Shown here piece after piece: positions 36,871-46,272 of a DNA stretch of 54,128 bases. Position 1 is the stretch's first letter. The number at the start of each line of letters is the position of its first letter. A program made the position numbers and the translations under genes. Source of the DNA: an uncultured Oscillospiraceae bacterium (lineage in GTDB: Bacteria; Bacillota; Clostridia; Saccharofermentanales; UBA5734); contig CAZOHH010000003.1 of assembly GCA_964579735.1 (NCBI GenBank), positions 20,759 to 74,886 on the forward strand. Reading direction: 5' to 3'. Below the pieces are notes generated by a model. It was not told the origin of the DNA, searched no databases, and was given only the letters and a program-made list of their open reading frames with translations.

Positions 36871-38178
36871 ATGAAGCGTGTATTGAGTAAAGGCGTCCGG
36901 AGGACCCTCGTGGCCGTCCTTTCCTTGAGTGTCGTCATCGTCGCCGCCGCGACCTATTTCGTCGTGGACCTTCTCGGTCGCGCCGGGCGAACCGATGTCG
37001 ACATCGTCGACAAGGTGACCGTTCCCTCCGGGTCTCTGGATGACATCACGGAACAGCCTGAGGATTCATCCATCGAGGAAGATCCCGATGCGACCGGAGG
37101 CGCCGCCACGACGCCTCGACCCGCCCTCTCCCGCAACTGGGGGCAAGGCATCTGCCCCGTCTACGTCGTCTCGTCGATCCCCATTCAGAAGGTCGCCCAG
37201 AGGGTCGAAGGAGTTGAAAACATCCTCGTCTTCGGAGTCGATTCCCGGTCGGCGTCGACGAAGGCCTCGCGCACGGATACGATGATGATCGTCACCATCG
37301 ATACCCGCAATGGAAGCAAGACCATCAAGCTCATATCGCTCCTTCGCGACACCCAGGTCGATATCGCCGGTCGTACCCTGCCGAACAAGCTCAATACGCC
37401 CTACGTATTCGGCGGAATCGGATTGATGCTCAATACGATCAACTCTACCTTCGACCTCGACATCCAGAAGTTCATCATGATCGACCTCTCCAGCGCAGAG
37501 CACATCATCGACATGACCGGCGGCATCGAGGTCAACGTGCTTGGCAAGGAGCTCGAGTGGCTCAACATCAACATCAATGAGACGAACAACCTTTTCAAGA
37601 AGGGATCCCGTCCGAAGTCCCCGAACATCTTCACTTCCGGACTGCAGACCCTGGATGGTCGACAGGCTGTCGCATATGGCCGGATCCGGAAGGTCGACAG
37701 CGACTTCCAGAGGACGACCCGTCAGCGGTACGTCGCGAAGCAACTGCTCAAGGCATTCCTCAATGCGACGGTCGATAGGAAGTACACGGCGCTGCAAGCC
37801 GCTTTCGATGGGATCAACACGAACATGACCTATGGCGAAATGTTCCGCATCGCGTCCGATACCGTCTCCTCCATGCCGACGGATCTTTCCTCGGTTCGTG
37901 AATACAAGGTGCCGGCTTCCGGGATGTACACGGAAGACAGGGCCACGTTTAATCTCGTCATGAATCTACCCGTTCAGATCGCCGACCTGCACCGTTTCAT
38001 CTGGAGCACGTCGACTGACGTGACGACGACACCCGAATCCACTCCCGAGGTCAGTCCGGAGATTTCTCCGACCTTCGTTCCCTCTCCGACCCTGGATGCG
38101 ACGCCGGCTTCTACCGATGGAGAACCCTCTCCGACCCCTACCCCTGATTCCGTTGCGACTCCGACCTCTGTAGAATGA
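36871..38178 (+). CDS. LytR-CpsA-Psr (LCP) family cell-wall polymer ligase, with Pro/Thr/Ser-rich C-terminal tail
   Basis: ATG 36871 after gggagag. Alternative ATG 36850 and TTG 36811. TM anchor, then ILVFGVDSR....RTDTMMIVTID, LISLLRDT, FGGIGLMLNTINSTFDLDIQKFIMIDLS. Confidence 0.85.
   Translation: MKRVLSKGVRRTLVAVLSLSVVIVAAATYFVVDLLGRAGRTDVDIVDKVTVPSGSLDDITEQPEDSSIEEDPDATGGAATTPRPALSRNWGQGICPVYVVSSIPIQKVAQRVEGVENILVFGVDSRSASTKASRTDTMMIVTIDTRNGSKTIKLISLLRDTQVDIAGRTLPNKLNTPYVFGGIGLMLNTINSTFDLDIQKFIMIDLSSAEHIIDMTGGIEVNVLGKELEWLNININETNNLFKKGSRPKSPNIFTSGLQTLDGRQAVAYGRIRKVDSDFQRTTRQRYVAKQLLKAFLNATVDRKYTALQAAFDGINTNMTYGEMFRIASDTVSSMPTDLSSVREYKVPASGMYTEDRATFNLVMNLPVQIADLHRFIWSTSTDVTTTPESTPEVSPEISPTFVPSPTLDATPASTDGEPSPTPTPDSVATPTSVE
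38008..38175 (+). repeat. Low-complexity Pro/Thr/Ser/Glu-rich coding tail of LCP-1
   Basis: STSTDVTTTPESTPEVSPEISPTFVPSPTLDATPASTDGEPSPTPTPDSVATPTSVE. Same composition as the sortase tail at 3080-3334. Confidence 0.65.
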
Positions 38179-38219
38179 ACCCTATCGAACGTCCTTGAAA
38201 TGGAAAGGAATCGATTCAC

Positions 38220-39425
38220 TTGAAACAGAAGCGAACGCTTGGAAACGTCCATTCCCGTCAGTACAGCGACCTTTCCCCCTTCCAGGGCCGCAGCCGCCGA
38301 CGTCCCCGTGTCTTTCGGACGCTGTTGGGCATCGTGCTTGTGGTGGTCCTCATCGGTATCGTATCCTTCGGCGGGTTCCTTCTCGCCGGTTATCTCAAGA
38401 TCACACGGGATGCGACTCCGAATGTCACGCCTACGCCTTCCTCCTCGATCACGCAGCCGGTGACGCCTGGTATTTCACCTGAACCCACGTTCGTCGATAT
38501 CGCCGGACTCGAGCGGGATCTTCGCGTACCCATCGAAACCGTCGCCCAGAAGGATCCGGACGTCCAGAACATCCTCCTCATCGGGGTCGACCGGCGCAAT
38601 ACGGCCTCCACGACGGGAAACAGCGACACCATGATGATCATCTCCGTCGACCGCCGCAACAACGATATCAAGCTCATGTCCGTCCTACGTGACTGCTATG
38701 TGACCATCCAGAAGGACGGCAAGACCGTGAAGGCGAAGATCAATGCAGCATACGCATATGGTGGGCCCGGCCTCACCATCAACACCTTGAACCGGACCTT
38801 CGACCTCGATATCCAGAAATACGTGCTCGTGGACTTCCAGAGTTCAGAAGCGGTGATCAACTCCGCAGGTGGACTCGACATCTTCGTGAGCGAAAAAGAG
38901 ATCAAGTGGGCCAACGACAGCATCAAGGAAACCAACCGGGTCATACTGCCGAACACGCCGGCTTCTCCTGAAATCACCGAAGCCGGTCTTCAACATCTCG
39001 ATGCTCGCCAGGCCATCAGCTGGGCCCGCATCCGCAAGACCGATCTCGTCGTCGATGGCAAGACCTATGCCATGGACATGGGCCGTGCGGAGCGACAGAA
39101 GATTCTTCTACGGGCTCTGATGGACAAGTTCTTCGCGATCGATGCGATTTCGAAGATCGACATGATGAATCAGGTGTTCGGCATGGTGGAGACGAACCTC
39201 CGTCTTTCGGAATCGTTGTCGCTGATGCAGTTCGCGGCGACCAAGCTCACGAAGGACTCGAGCCAGATCGCCGGATTCACGATTCCGTCCTATTCCACTC
39301 GGACCGTAGTGGAGACCCCGGTCTGGTGCTTCGTCGTGGATTTCAACAAGGCGATACCCGAGCTCCAGCAGTTCATCTGGGGCAAGACCTTTGAATTCAC
39401 GCCCCGCGATCCTGTCTCACCGTAG
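38220..39425 (+). CDS. LCP family protein, tandem paralogue
   Basis: TTG start, with no in-frame ATG before the TM segment. ILLIGVDRR....NSDTMMIISVD, LMSVLRDC, YGGPGLTINTLNRTFDLDIQKYVLVDF. Confidence 0.85.
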   Translation: MKQKRTLGNVHSRQYSDLSPFQGRSRRRPRVFRTLLGIVLVVVLIGIVSFGGFLLAGYLKITRDATPNVTPTPSSSITQPVTPGISPEPTFVDIAGLERDLRVPIETVAQKDPDVQNILLIGVDRRNTASTTGNSDTMMIISVDRRNNDIKLMSVLRDCYVTIQKDGKTVKAKINAAYAYGGPGLTINTLNRTFDLDIQKYVLVDFQSSEAVINSAGGLDIFVSEKEIKWANDSIKETNRVILPNTPASPEITEAGLQHLDARQAISWARIRKTDLVVDGKTYAMDMGRAERQKILLRALMDKFFAIDAISKIDMMNQVFGMVETNLRLSESLSLMQFAATKLTKDSSQIAGFTIPSYSTRTVVETPVWCFVVDFNKAIPELQQFIWGKTFEFTPRDPVSP

Positions 39426-39436
39426 GAGGTGGCGCC

Positions 39437-39742
39437 ATGAACGAGAAGCTGAAGGACACTTCCACGGACCGCCTTTTCGAAGCGATGCTGTCCTTGAAGA
39501 ATCTCGATGAGTGCTATTCCTTCTTCGAAGACCTCTGCACGGTCTCCGAAATCAAGTCGCTCGCCCAGCGACTGACCGTGGCTTCGTTGCTTCGGAGCGG
39601 CGGAACCTATTCCGAGATCTGCGAAAGAACCGGCGTGAGCACCGCGACCATCAGCCGCGTGAACAGAGCGCTTGAATATGGAGCCGATGGATACAAGACC
39701 GTACTTTCCCGAATCGAAACGGGAACCGTGCGTCTAGACTGA
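39437..39742 (+). CDS. YerC/YecD-family TrpR-like DNA-binding protein
   Basis: 101 aa. [36 protein letters not shown]...[11 protein letters not shown]. Confidence 0.8.
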   Translation: MNEKLKDTSTDRLFEAMLSLKNLDECYSFFEDLCTVSEIKSLAQRLTVASLLRSGGTYSEICERTGVSTATISRVNRALEYGADGYKTVLSRIETGTVRLD

Positions 39743-39759
39743 AAGGAAGTAACCGTCCG

Positions 39760-42585
39760 ATGGGACTCTTCTCTAAAATCTTCGGAACCCACAGCGACCG
39801 CGAAATCAAGCGCATCCTGCCTCTCGTCGATAGCGTCGAGGCGCTTTCCGACAGATGTTCCGCGATGTCGGAGGACGAACTCAAGTCGATGACGCAAATC
39901 TTCCGAAATCGGGTCCAGGCAGGCGAAACCCTCGACGATCTTCTTCCAGAGGCTTTCGCGGTCGTAAGGGAAGCCTCCTGGCGCGTCCTCGGCATGCGCC
40001 ACTATCGCGTCCAGATCATCGGCGGAATCGTACTCCATCAGGGCAGGATCTCCGAGATGAAGACCGGCGAGGGCAAGACCCTCGTCGCGACGCTTCCGGT
40101 CTATCTCAATGCGCTGGCCGGCAAAGGGGTCCACGTCGTCACCGTCAACGATTATCTGGCCCGTCGCGACAGCGAGTGGATGGGCAAGATCTATCGCTAC
40201 CTCGGACTCGACGTAGGGCTCATCGTTCACGGAATCGACAACGCCGAACGGCGAAGAGCCTATGCCAGCGATGTCACCTATGGGACGAACAATGAGTTCG
40301 GTTTCGACTACCTCCGCGACAACATGGTCATACGCAGCGAGGAACGGGTTCAGCGCGATCTCAATTTCGCTATCGTGGATGAGGTCGACAGCATCCTGAT
40401 CGACGAAGCGAGGACCCCTCTCATCATCTCCGGCATGGGAGAGAAGTCGACCGATCTGTACGAAAAAACCGATGTCTTCGTACGTCGACTGAAAGTCCGA
40501 ATCGTCACGGAGCTCGACGACAAGCAGGACTATGAGGATACCGAGTCCGAAGCCGACTACATCATCGATGAGAAGGCGAATACCGCCGTTCTGACCGCGG
40601 AAGGCGTCACAAAGGCGGAACGCCACTTCGGCGTGACGAATCTCTCCGATGCGGAGAACTACACCCTGCAGCATCATCTGAGCAATGCACTCAGAGCGCA
40701 CGGTCTCATGAAACTCGACCACCAGTATGTCGTGAAGGACGGTGAGATCATCATCGTGGATGACTTCACCGGCAGACTGATGTTCGGCAGACGCTACAGC
40801 GATGGCCTCCATCAGGCCATAGAGGCCAAGGAGGGCGTCAAGGTCGAGCGGGAGAGCAAGACCCTGGCGACCATCACCTTCCAGAACTATTTCCGCATGT
40901 ATGGCAAACTGTCCGGCATGACGGGCACGGCACTCACCGAAGAAGAGGAGTTCCGCGCGATCTACAAGCTCGACGTCATCACGATTCCTACACACAAGGA
41001 CATGATCCGAAGTGACGAGCCCGATGCGGTCTTCAAGACGCTCCGCGGCAAATACATGGCCCTGCTCGAGGAAGTGAAGGAAGTCCACGCCAAGGGACAA
41101 CCGATCCTGATCGGCACGGTCTCCGTCGAACGTTCTGAGTTCATCTCGACCTTGCTGAAACGGGACGGGATTCCCCACAATGTCTTGAATGCGAAGCAGC
41201 ATGAACGCGAAGCCGAAATCGTCGCCCAGGCAGGCCGGTTCGGCCAGGTCACGCTGGCGACGAACATGGCCGGACGTGGTACTGACATCCTGTTAGGCGG
41301 AAATCCTGAATTCCTCTCCAAGCAGGAGATGCGAAAGCAAGGGGTCGATGAAGCCCTGATCGATGCGTCGACCACGCATAACGAGACACTGGATCCATTG
41401 GTTCTTGAAGCCAGAACCCGCTATGCGGAGCTCTTTGCGCGATATCGCATCCAGACCGATACCGAGCATGTCAAGGTCGTCGAAGCGGGCGGTCTCTACA
41501 TCATGGGAACGGAAAGGCATGAATCCAGACGTATCGACAATCAGCTTCGTGGCCGGTCAGGACGTCAAGGCGACCCGGGGCGGAGCCGTTTCTTCATGTC
41601 CCTTGAAGACGATCTGATGCGGCTGTTCGGTGGAGACCGGATGCTTTCGATGTTCAACGTCCTCGGTGTCGAGGAGGACATGCCGATCGAGCACCCCATG
41701 TTATCCAACGCCATCGAGACGGCCCAGAAGCGCGTCGAAGGTAGGAATTTCAATATCCGCAAGCACGTACTCGAATACGACGACGTGATGAACAAGCAGC
41801 GTGAAGTGATCTATGGTCAGAGGCTGAAGGTGCTTGAAGGGCAGGATCTGAGGGATACGTATCTTCGCATGGTGGGCTCCGTGGCACACAAGGTAGCCGG
41901 TGCCTTCTGCAGCGATGTGGATATCCCCGAACGATGGGATTGGGAGGCATTCGAAGCACGCATCAACGACGTCTTCGGAGACATCCCCGCCATCGAGCGC
42001 TGTCAGGTGGAGTTGAACGTGCTCGACGCCAAGACCGCAACCGAAATCGTCGTCGATGCGGCACTGGAACGATACGCCCAGCGTGACGAGCAGATCGGCG
42101 GTCCCGAAATCATGCGAGAGGCGGAGCGGGTCGTGTTGCTGAGGACCGTCGACGAAAAGTGGATGGACCATATCGACGCGATGGACGAACTCCGATCCGG
42201 CATCGGCATGCGCGGCTATGCGCAGTTGAACCCCGTGATCGAGTATCGACGGGAGGGGTTCGAGATGTTCGAGGCCATGAACCTCGCCATCCAGGAGGAC
42301 TCCGTCCGAATCATGATGAAGGGCCGCTTCACGACGGAACAGCCTCTCCGCAGGCAGGCCGTCGCACACGACCTCAAGGAGTCCCATGGCGGTACCGGTT
42401 ACGTAGAAGGAGAACCCGCGCCGACGGCAGCGACTCCTCAAGGTCGTTCGACCGCTGCATCCGGTGGAAAAACGACATCCACTCCGGTCAAGGCAGCTCC
42501 CAAGGCAGGACGAAACGATCCCTGTCCCTGTGGAAGCGGCAAGAAGTACAAGAACTGCCACGGAGCGAATTCCAGCGACCTTTAG
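39760..42585 (+). CDS. secA: Preprotein translocase ATPase SecA (with C-terminal SEC-C zinc motif)
   Basis: 941 aa. [77 protein letters not shown]-terminus [19 protein letters not shown]. Confidence 0.98.
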   Translation: MGLFSKIFGTHSDREIKRILPLVDSVEALSDRCSAMSEDELKSMTQIFRNRVQAGETLDDLLPEAFAVVREASWRVLGMRHYRVQIIGGIVLHQGRISEMKTGEGKTLVATLPVYLNALAGKGVHVVTVNDYLARRDSEWMGKIYRYLGLDVGLIVHGIDNAERRRAYASDVTYGTNNEFGFDYLRDNMVIRSEERVQRDLNFAIVDEVDSILIDEARTPLIISGMGEKSTDLYEKTDVFVRRLKVRIVTELDDKQDYEDTESEADYIIDEKANTAVLTAEGVTKAERHFGVTNLSDAENYTLQHHLSNALRAHGLMKLDHQYVVKDGEIIIVDDFTGRLMFGRRYSDGLHQAIEAKEGVKVERESKTLATITFQNYFRMYGKLSGMTGTALTEEEEFRAIYKLDVITIPTHKDMIRSDEPDAVFKTLRGKYMALLEEVKEVHAKGQPILIGTVSVERSEFISTLLKRDGIPHNVLNAKQHEREAEIVAQAGRFGQVTLATNMAGRGTDILLGGNPEFLSKQEMRKQGVDEALIDASTTHNETLDPLVLEARTRYAELFARYRIQTDTEHVKVVEAGGLYIMGTERHESRRIDNQLRGRSGRQGDPGRSRFFMSLEDDLMRLFGGDRMLSMFNVLGVEEDMPIEHPMLSNAIETAQKRVEGRNFNIRKHVLEYDDVMNKQREVIYGQRLKVLEGQDLRDTYLRMVGSVAHKVAGAFCSDVDIPERWDWEAFEARINDVFGDIPAIERCQVELNVLDAKTATEIVVDAALERYAQRDEQIGGPEIMREAERVVLLRTVDEKWMDHIDAMDELRSGIGMRGYAQLNPVIEYRREGFEMFEAMNLAIQEDSVRIMMKGRFTTEQPLRRQAVAHDLKESHGGTGYVEGEPAPTAATPQGRSTAASGGKTTSTPVKAAPKAGRNDPCPCGSGKKYKNCHGANSSDL

Positions 42586-42600
42586 CAGGAGGGAATGCAC

Positions 42601-43443
42601 ATGGATTTCGACGTCGACGCATACCGGGAACGGATCGGAAAAGCTTCCTCCACCATCCTCGGCGCGATTTCCAGGATACCCGACATCGCGATCGTTCTTG
42701 GATCGGGACTCGGTCCTCTCGCCGATTCCGTCGAGGATCCCACCTACCTGCCCTATGAGGAGATTCCCGGATTCCCTCGCGTGACCGTCGTCGGCCATCA
42801 GGGTCGGCTCGTCTTCGGTACCCTCAGGGGACGCGACGTCGTGGTGATGCAAGGCAGGTTCCACCACTACGAAGGACACGATATCCATGATGTCGTGTTC
42901 CCCATTCGGGTTTTCCAGACACTCGGCATCCGCACGCTGATCCTGACGAATGCCGCCGGTGGTCTTGGGGCCACGATGCGCCCTGGATCCCTGATGCTGA
43001 TCGAGGACCATATCGGGATGTTCGGAGAGTCCCCGCTTCGAGGCGCCAACCTCGACGAATTCGGACCCAGATTCTGCGACATGAGCAGAGTATATGATGA
43101 GGAACTCATCGAAACGGCCGCGAACTGCGGCAAGGAGCTGGGCCTGGACCTTCACCGTGGCGTCTATTGCTTCTGCAGGGGACCGCAGTTCGAAACGCCT
43201 GCCGAAATCCGGATGCTCCGCTCTCTGGGCGTATCTGCGGTTGGAATGTCCACGGTACCGGAAGCTACCGTCGCCTCCCATGGCGGGATGAAGGTCCTCG
43301 CCCTTTCCTGCATCACCAACCTCGCCTCAGGACTTTCGAAATCCCCATTGAACCATGAAGAAGTCCTTCAGGTCGGTCGAGAGTCCGCGGCAGGACTGAT
43401 TCGCCTATTGGAGAACACCGTCGAACGACTCGGGAGGAATTGA
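42601..43443 (+). CDS. punA: Purine nucleoside phosphorylase, trimeric PunA (6-oxopurine) type
   Basis: ATG 42601 lies 7 nt after aggaggg. The in-frame ATG 42595 is too close to the SD. IAIVLGSGLG, GHQGRLVFG.L.G..VV.MQGRFHHYEG, LILTNAAGGL, GVSAVGMSTVPE. Confidence 0.9.
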   Translation: MDFDVDAYRERIGKASSTILGAISRIPDIAIVLGSGLGPLADSVEDPTYLPYEEIPGFPRVTVVGHQGRLVFGTLRGRDVVVMQGRFHHYEGHDIHDVVFPIRVFQTLGIRTLILTNAAGGLGATMRPGSLMLIEDHIGMFGESPLRGANLDEFGPRFCDMSRVYDEELIETAANCGKELGLDLHRGVYCFCRGPQFETPAEIRMLRSLGVSAVGMSTVPEATVASHGGMKVLALSCITNLASGLSKSPLNHEEVLQVGRESAAGLIRLLENTVERLGRN

Positions 43444-43444
43444 A

Positions 43445-44716
43445 ATGGAATCCATCGTCCGTGACCTGTCCCTGGCCCCTCAAGGACGCAGGAAGATCGA
43501 GTGGGCCAAAGCCAATATGCCCATCCTGCGCGGCATCACCGAGGAGTTCATTCGCGAACAACCCTTCAGGGGATTGCGGGTCGCCGTCAGCGTGCATGTC
43601 GAAGCCAAGACGGCATGTCTTGCGGAAACACTTCGTCTCGGCGGAGCGGAAGTCGCCTTGACCGGATGCAACCCATTGTCCACGCAGGACGACGTAGCCG
43701 CGGCGTTGGCGGTTACAGGCATGGCCGTATTCTGCTGGCATGCCGCGACTCCGGACGAATACGAGTCCCACCTCCGTGCGGCCCTCGCTTTCAAACCCCA
43801 CGTCGTCATCGATGATGGCGGCGACTTCGCCTATCTTCTCCACGGAATCCGTCGGGAAGACGCTTCCGAACTCCTCGGCGGGTGTGAAGAGACGACGACC
43901 GGAGTGAACCGATTGAGGATCCTGGAGTGTGAGAACCGGTTGCTCTATCCGGTCATCGCAGTCAACAACGCCCGTTGCAAGCACCTTTTCGACAATCGTT
44001 ACGGCACGGGTCAGTCCGCTTGGGCCGCCATCCTCTCCACGACCAACCTACTGATCGCCGGGAAGACGGTTGTCGTTGCAGGCTATGGCATGTGCGGCAA
44101 AGGGGTGGTGGCGCGTGCGAAGGGCCTCGGTGCGAACGTGGTCGTCTGCGAGGTCGATGCCGTGCGCGCTGCCGAAGCCCTGATGGACGGCTGCCGCGTC
44201 ATGACGATGCGGGAAGCCGCAGCAGTCGGAGATTTCTTCATCACGGTCACGGGGTGCAGGGACATCATCGTCCGGGAACATCTCGAAGCCATGAAGGATG
44301 GGGCCGTCCTATGCAATGCCGGACATTTCGACGTTGAAATCGACATCCCGGCCCTTTCGAACCTTGCCGTCGAAGTGATGGAATCCCGCCCGAACATCCG
44401 TTCCTATCGGCTCGGGGACGGTCGAAGACTTCACCTTCTAGGCGAGGGGAGATTGGTCAATCTCGCTGCCGGGGATGGTCATCCCGTCGAAATCATGGAC
44501 ATGAGCTTTGCTCTCCAGGCGCTATGTGCGCGCTTCATCGCGCAGAATGGACGAACGCTGCCGGTTCGCGTGCATGAGGTTCCATCGGAGTTCGACGAAC
44601 AGGTCGCCCAAAGGTTCCTGTCGTCCCGCGGAGCCTCGATCGATTCGCTGACGCAGGGTCAGAGGAACTACGCCACGACCTGGGAGATCGCCTGCGAAGA
44701 TGGGAATCAATCTTGA
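43445..44716 (+). CDS. ahcY: Adenosylhomocysteinase (short ~420-aa type)
   Basis: GRRKIEWAKANMPIL, HVEAKTA.L, TGCNPLSTQDDVAAAL, NAD fold VVVAGYGMCGKG, CNAGHFDVEID. Confidence 0.93.
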   Translation: MESIVRDLSLAPQGRRKIEWAKANMPILRGITEEFIREQPFRGLRVAVSVHVEAKTACLAETLRLGGAEVALTGCNPLSTQDDVAAALAVTGMAVFCWHAATPDEYESHLRAALAFKPHVVIDDGGDFAYLLHGIRREDASELLGGCEETTTGVNRLRILECENRLLYPVIAVNNARCKHLFDNRYGTGQSAWAAILSTTNLLIAGKTVVVAGYGMCGKGVVARAKGLGANVVVCEVDAVRAAEALMDGCRVMTMREAAAVGDFFITVTGCRDIIVREHLEAMKDGAVLCNAGHFDVEIDIPALSNLAVEVMESRPNIRSYRLGDGRRLHLLGEGRLVNLAAGDGHPVEIMDMSFALQALCARFIAQNGRTLPVRVHEVPSEFDEQVAQRFLSSRGASIDSLTQGQRNYATTWEIACEDGNQS

Positions 44717-46047
44717 AAGCCCGTAGCAACGTCCTCTTCGACCGCATCAACGTCATCAGTCCGGACATGAACGGCGGCGCCTATTCCCTGACGGATGCCT
44801 ATGTGGCGGTCCGTGAGGGCAGGATCGCCCACATCGGAACTTCTCGCGAGGACGCCTGCTGCGCTTTGTCCGGAGTCGTCTACGAGACATATGACGGGCG
44901 AGATCGAATTCTAACGCCGTCGCTCGCGAATGCCCACGGACACGCCGCGATGACCCTCATGCGGAACAGCGCCGACGATACGACGCTCCACGATTGGCTT
45001 TACAACGTCATCTTTCCACGGGAGGAGCGACTTCGTCCACAGGACGTCCGCAACGGCACGCAGCTCGCCCTGTGCGAGATGATCCGATCGGGAACCGGTG
45101 CCGCGGCCGACATGTACTTCTTCCAGGAGACCGTTTTCGAATCCTTCGTAGAGGCGGGAGCGCGCCTGAATCTCTCCGTCAACGCGAAACGTCGGAATGC
45201 TTCCGACGTGCTCGTACCGGATGCCGAAGATCTGGAACGGTTCCTTTCCATGGCCCGGCAACACGGCGACGACCGGGTCGTCGTCTCCGTCCTCATGCAC
45301 TCCGTCTATCTTTATCCCGATTCCCTGTACGCGGAAATGGCTTCCATGGCCGCCGGTCTCGGCGTCGGAGTGCAGATCCACGTCTCCGAAACCAAGAGGG
45401 AAGTGAAGGAGTGTCTTGCGCAGCATGGACTCACGCCCCCGGCCTATCTCGAAGCCGCCGGCTTCTTCAGGACCCCGACGCTCGTCGCCCATTGCGTCCA
45501 CCTGACGGACGATGACCGTCGAATTCTTGCCTCCCAGAACGTCACCGTCGTCCACAATCCTTCCAGCAACCTGAAACTCGCCAGCGGAATCGCGGACCTG
45601 ACCGCGATGGGACGGTCCGGGATCCGCATCGCGCTGGGCACGGATGGCGCGGCCAGCAACAACAACCTCGATCTGTTCCATGAAATCCGGTTGGCCGCCT
45701 TCCTTGCCAAGGCGTCCACGGGAGATGCATCCGCCCTTGATGCCGCTTCCGTTCTCCGGATGGCGACCCTTCATGGGACGATCGGACTCGGTTTCCCTGA
45801 AACCGGTACCATCGAAGTGGGGAACCAGGCCGACCTCCTGATCCTCGATACCGCACGTCCGTCCATGACCCCACTCGGGGACCCGATGTCCGCCTTCGTC
45901 TTCAGTGCCGATTCCTCCTGTGTCGAGAGTCTCATGGTCGATGGCAGGTGGCTGCTGTGCAAGCATGAACTCACCACGCTCGATGAGGAACGCATACGGG
46001 CCGAAGCCATCGCGTCCGCTCGTTACATCGTCCCCTCTTCGTCTTGA
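44713..46047 (+). CDS. mtaD: 5'-methylthioadenosine / S-adenosylhomocysteine deaminase (amidohydrolase superfamily)
   Basis: TTG start overlapping the ahcY stop (TTGA). NAHGHAAMTLMRNSADDTTLHDWL, IHVSET, VAHCVHL, LGTDGAASNN. Confidence 0.82.
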   Translation: MKARSNVLFDRINVISPDMNGGAYSLTDAYVAVREGRIAHIGTSREDACCALSGVVYETYDGRDRILTPSLANAHGHAAMTLMRNSADDTTLHDWLYNVIFPREERLRPQDVRNGTQLALCEMIRSGTGAAADMYFFQETVFESFVEAGARLNLSVNAKRRNASDVLVPDAEDLERFLSMARQHGDDRVVVSVLMHSVYLYPDSLYAEMASMAAGLGVGVQIHVSETKREVKECLAQHGLTPPAYLEAAGFFRTPTLVAHCVHLTDDDRRILASQNVTVVHNPSSNLKLASGIADLTAMGRSGIRIALGTDGAASNNNLDLFHEIRLAAFLAKASTGDASALDAASVLRMATLHGTIGLGFPETGTIEVGNQADLLILDTARPSMTPLGDPMSAFVFSADSSCVESLMVDGRWLLCKHELTTLDEERIRAEAIASARYIVPSSS

Positions 46048-46088
46048 CAGGGCAGGCTACAGCCCCTATATTCTATAAGGACGTAGAC

Positions 46089-46163
46089 GCCGCTGTGGCT
46101 CAGGGGTAGAGCAATTCACTCGTAATGAATAGGTCGTGGGTCCGATTCCCACCAGCGGCTCCA
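46089..46163 (+). tRNA. tRNA-Thr (anticodon CGT), CCA encoded
   Basis: Acceptor GCCGCTG/CAGCGGC, D-arm GCTC-AGGGGTA-GAGC, anticodon arm ATTCA-CTCGTAA-TGAAT, T-arm GTGGG-TCCGATT-CCCAC (C at position 55), T-CCA. Confidence 0.82.
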
Positions 46164-46165
46164 GA

Positions 46166-46200
46166 AAAGGCGTCTCCGGAACACCGGAGGCGCCTTCTTG
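46166..46200 (+). terminator. Intrinsic terminator after tRNA-Thr
   Basis: aaggcgtctccgg / ccggaggcgcctt (one G.U), loop aaca, followed by CTTGTT. Confidence 0.6.
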
Positions 46201-46223
46201 TTATACTCATCAGCCCCCTGTAT

Positions 46224-46232
46224 TGATATAAT
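46224..46232 (+). promoter_or_regulatory. Extended -10 promoter element (TGaTATAAT) upstream of the 46273 gene
   Basis: tgatataat at 46224-46232, 41 nt before the ATG. No good -35 element. Confidence 0.4.
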
Positions 46233-46272
46233 GTTCCAGTATGACCGGGTTTTAGCGCACGGAGGGCTTCCC

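Noticed and set aside
39607-43281. Two ORFs of 531 and 526 aa on the minus strand
   Set aside because: They are antisense to secA and punA, both identified with high confidence. Shadow ORFs.
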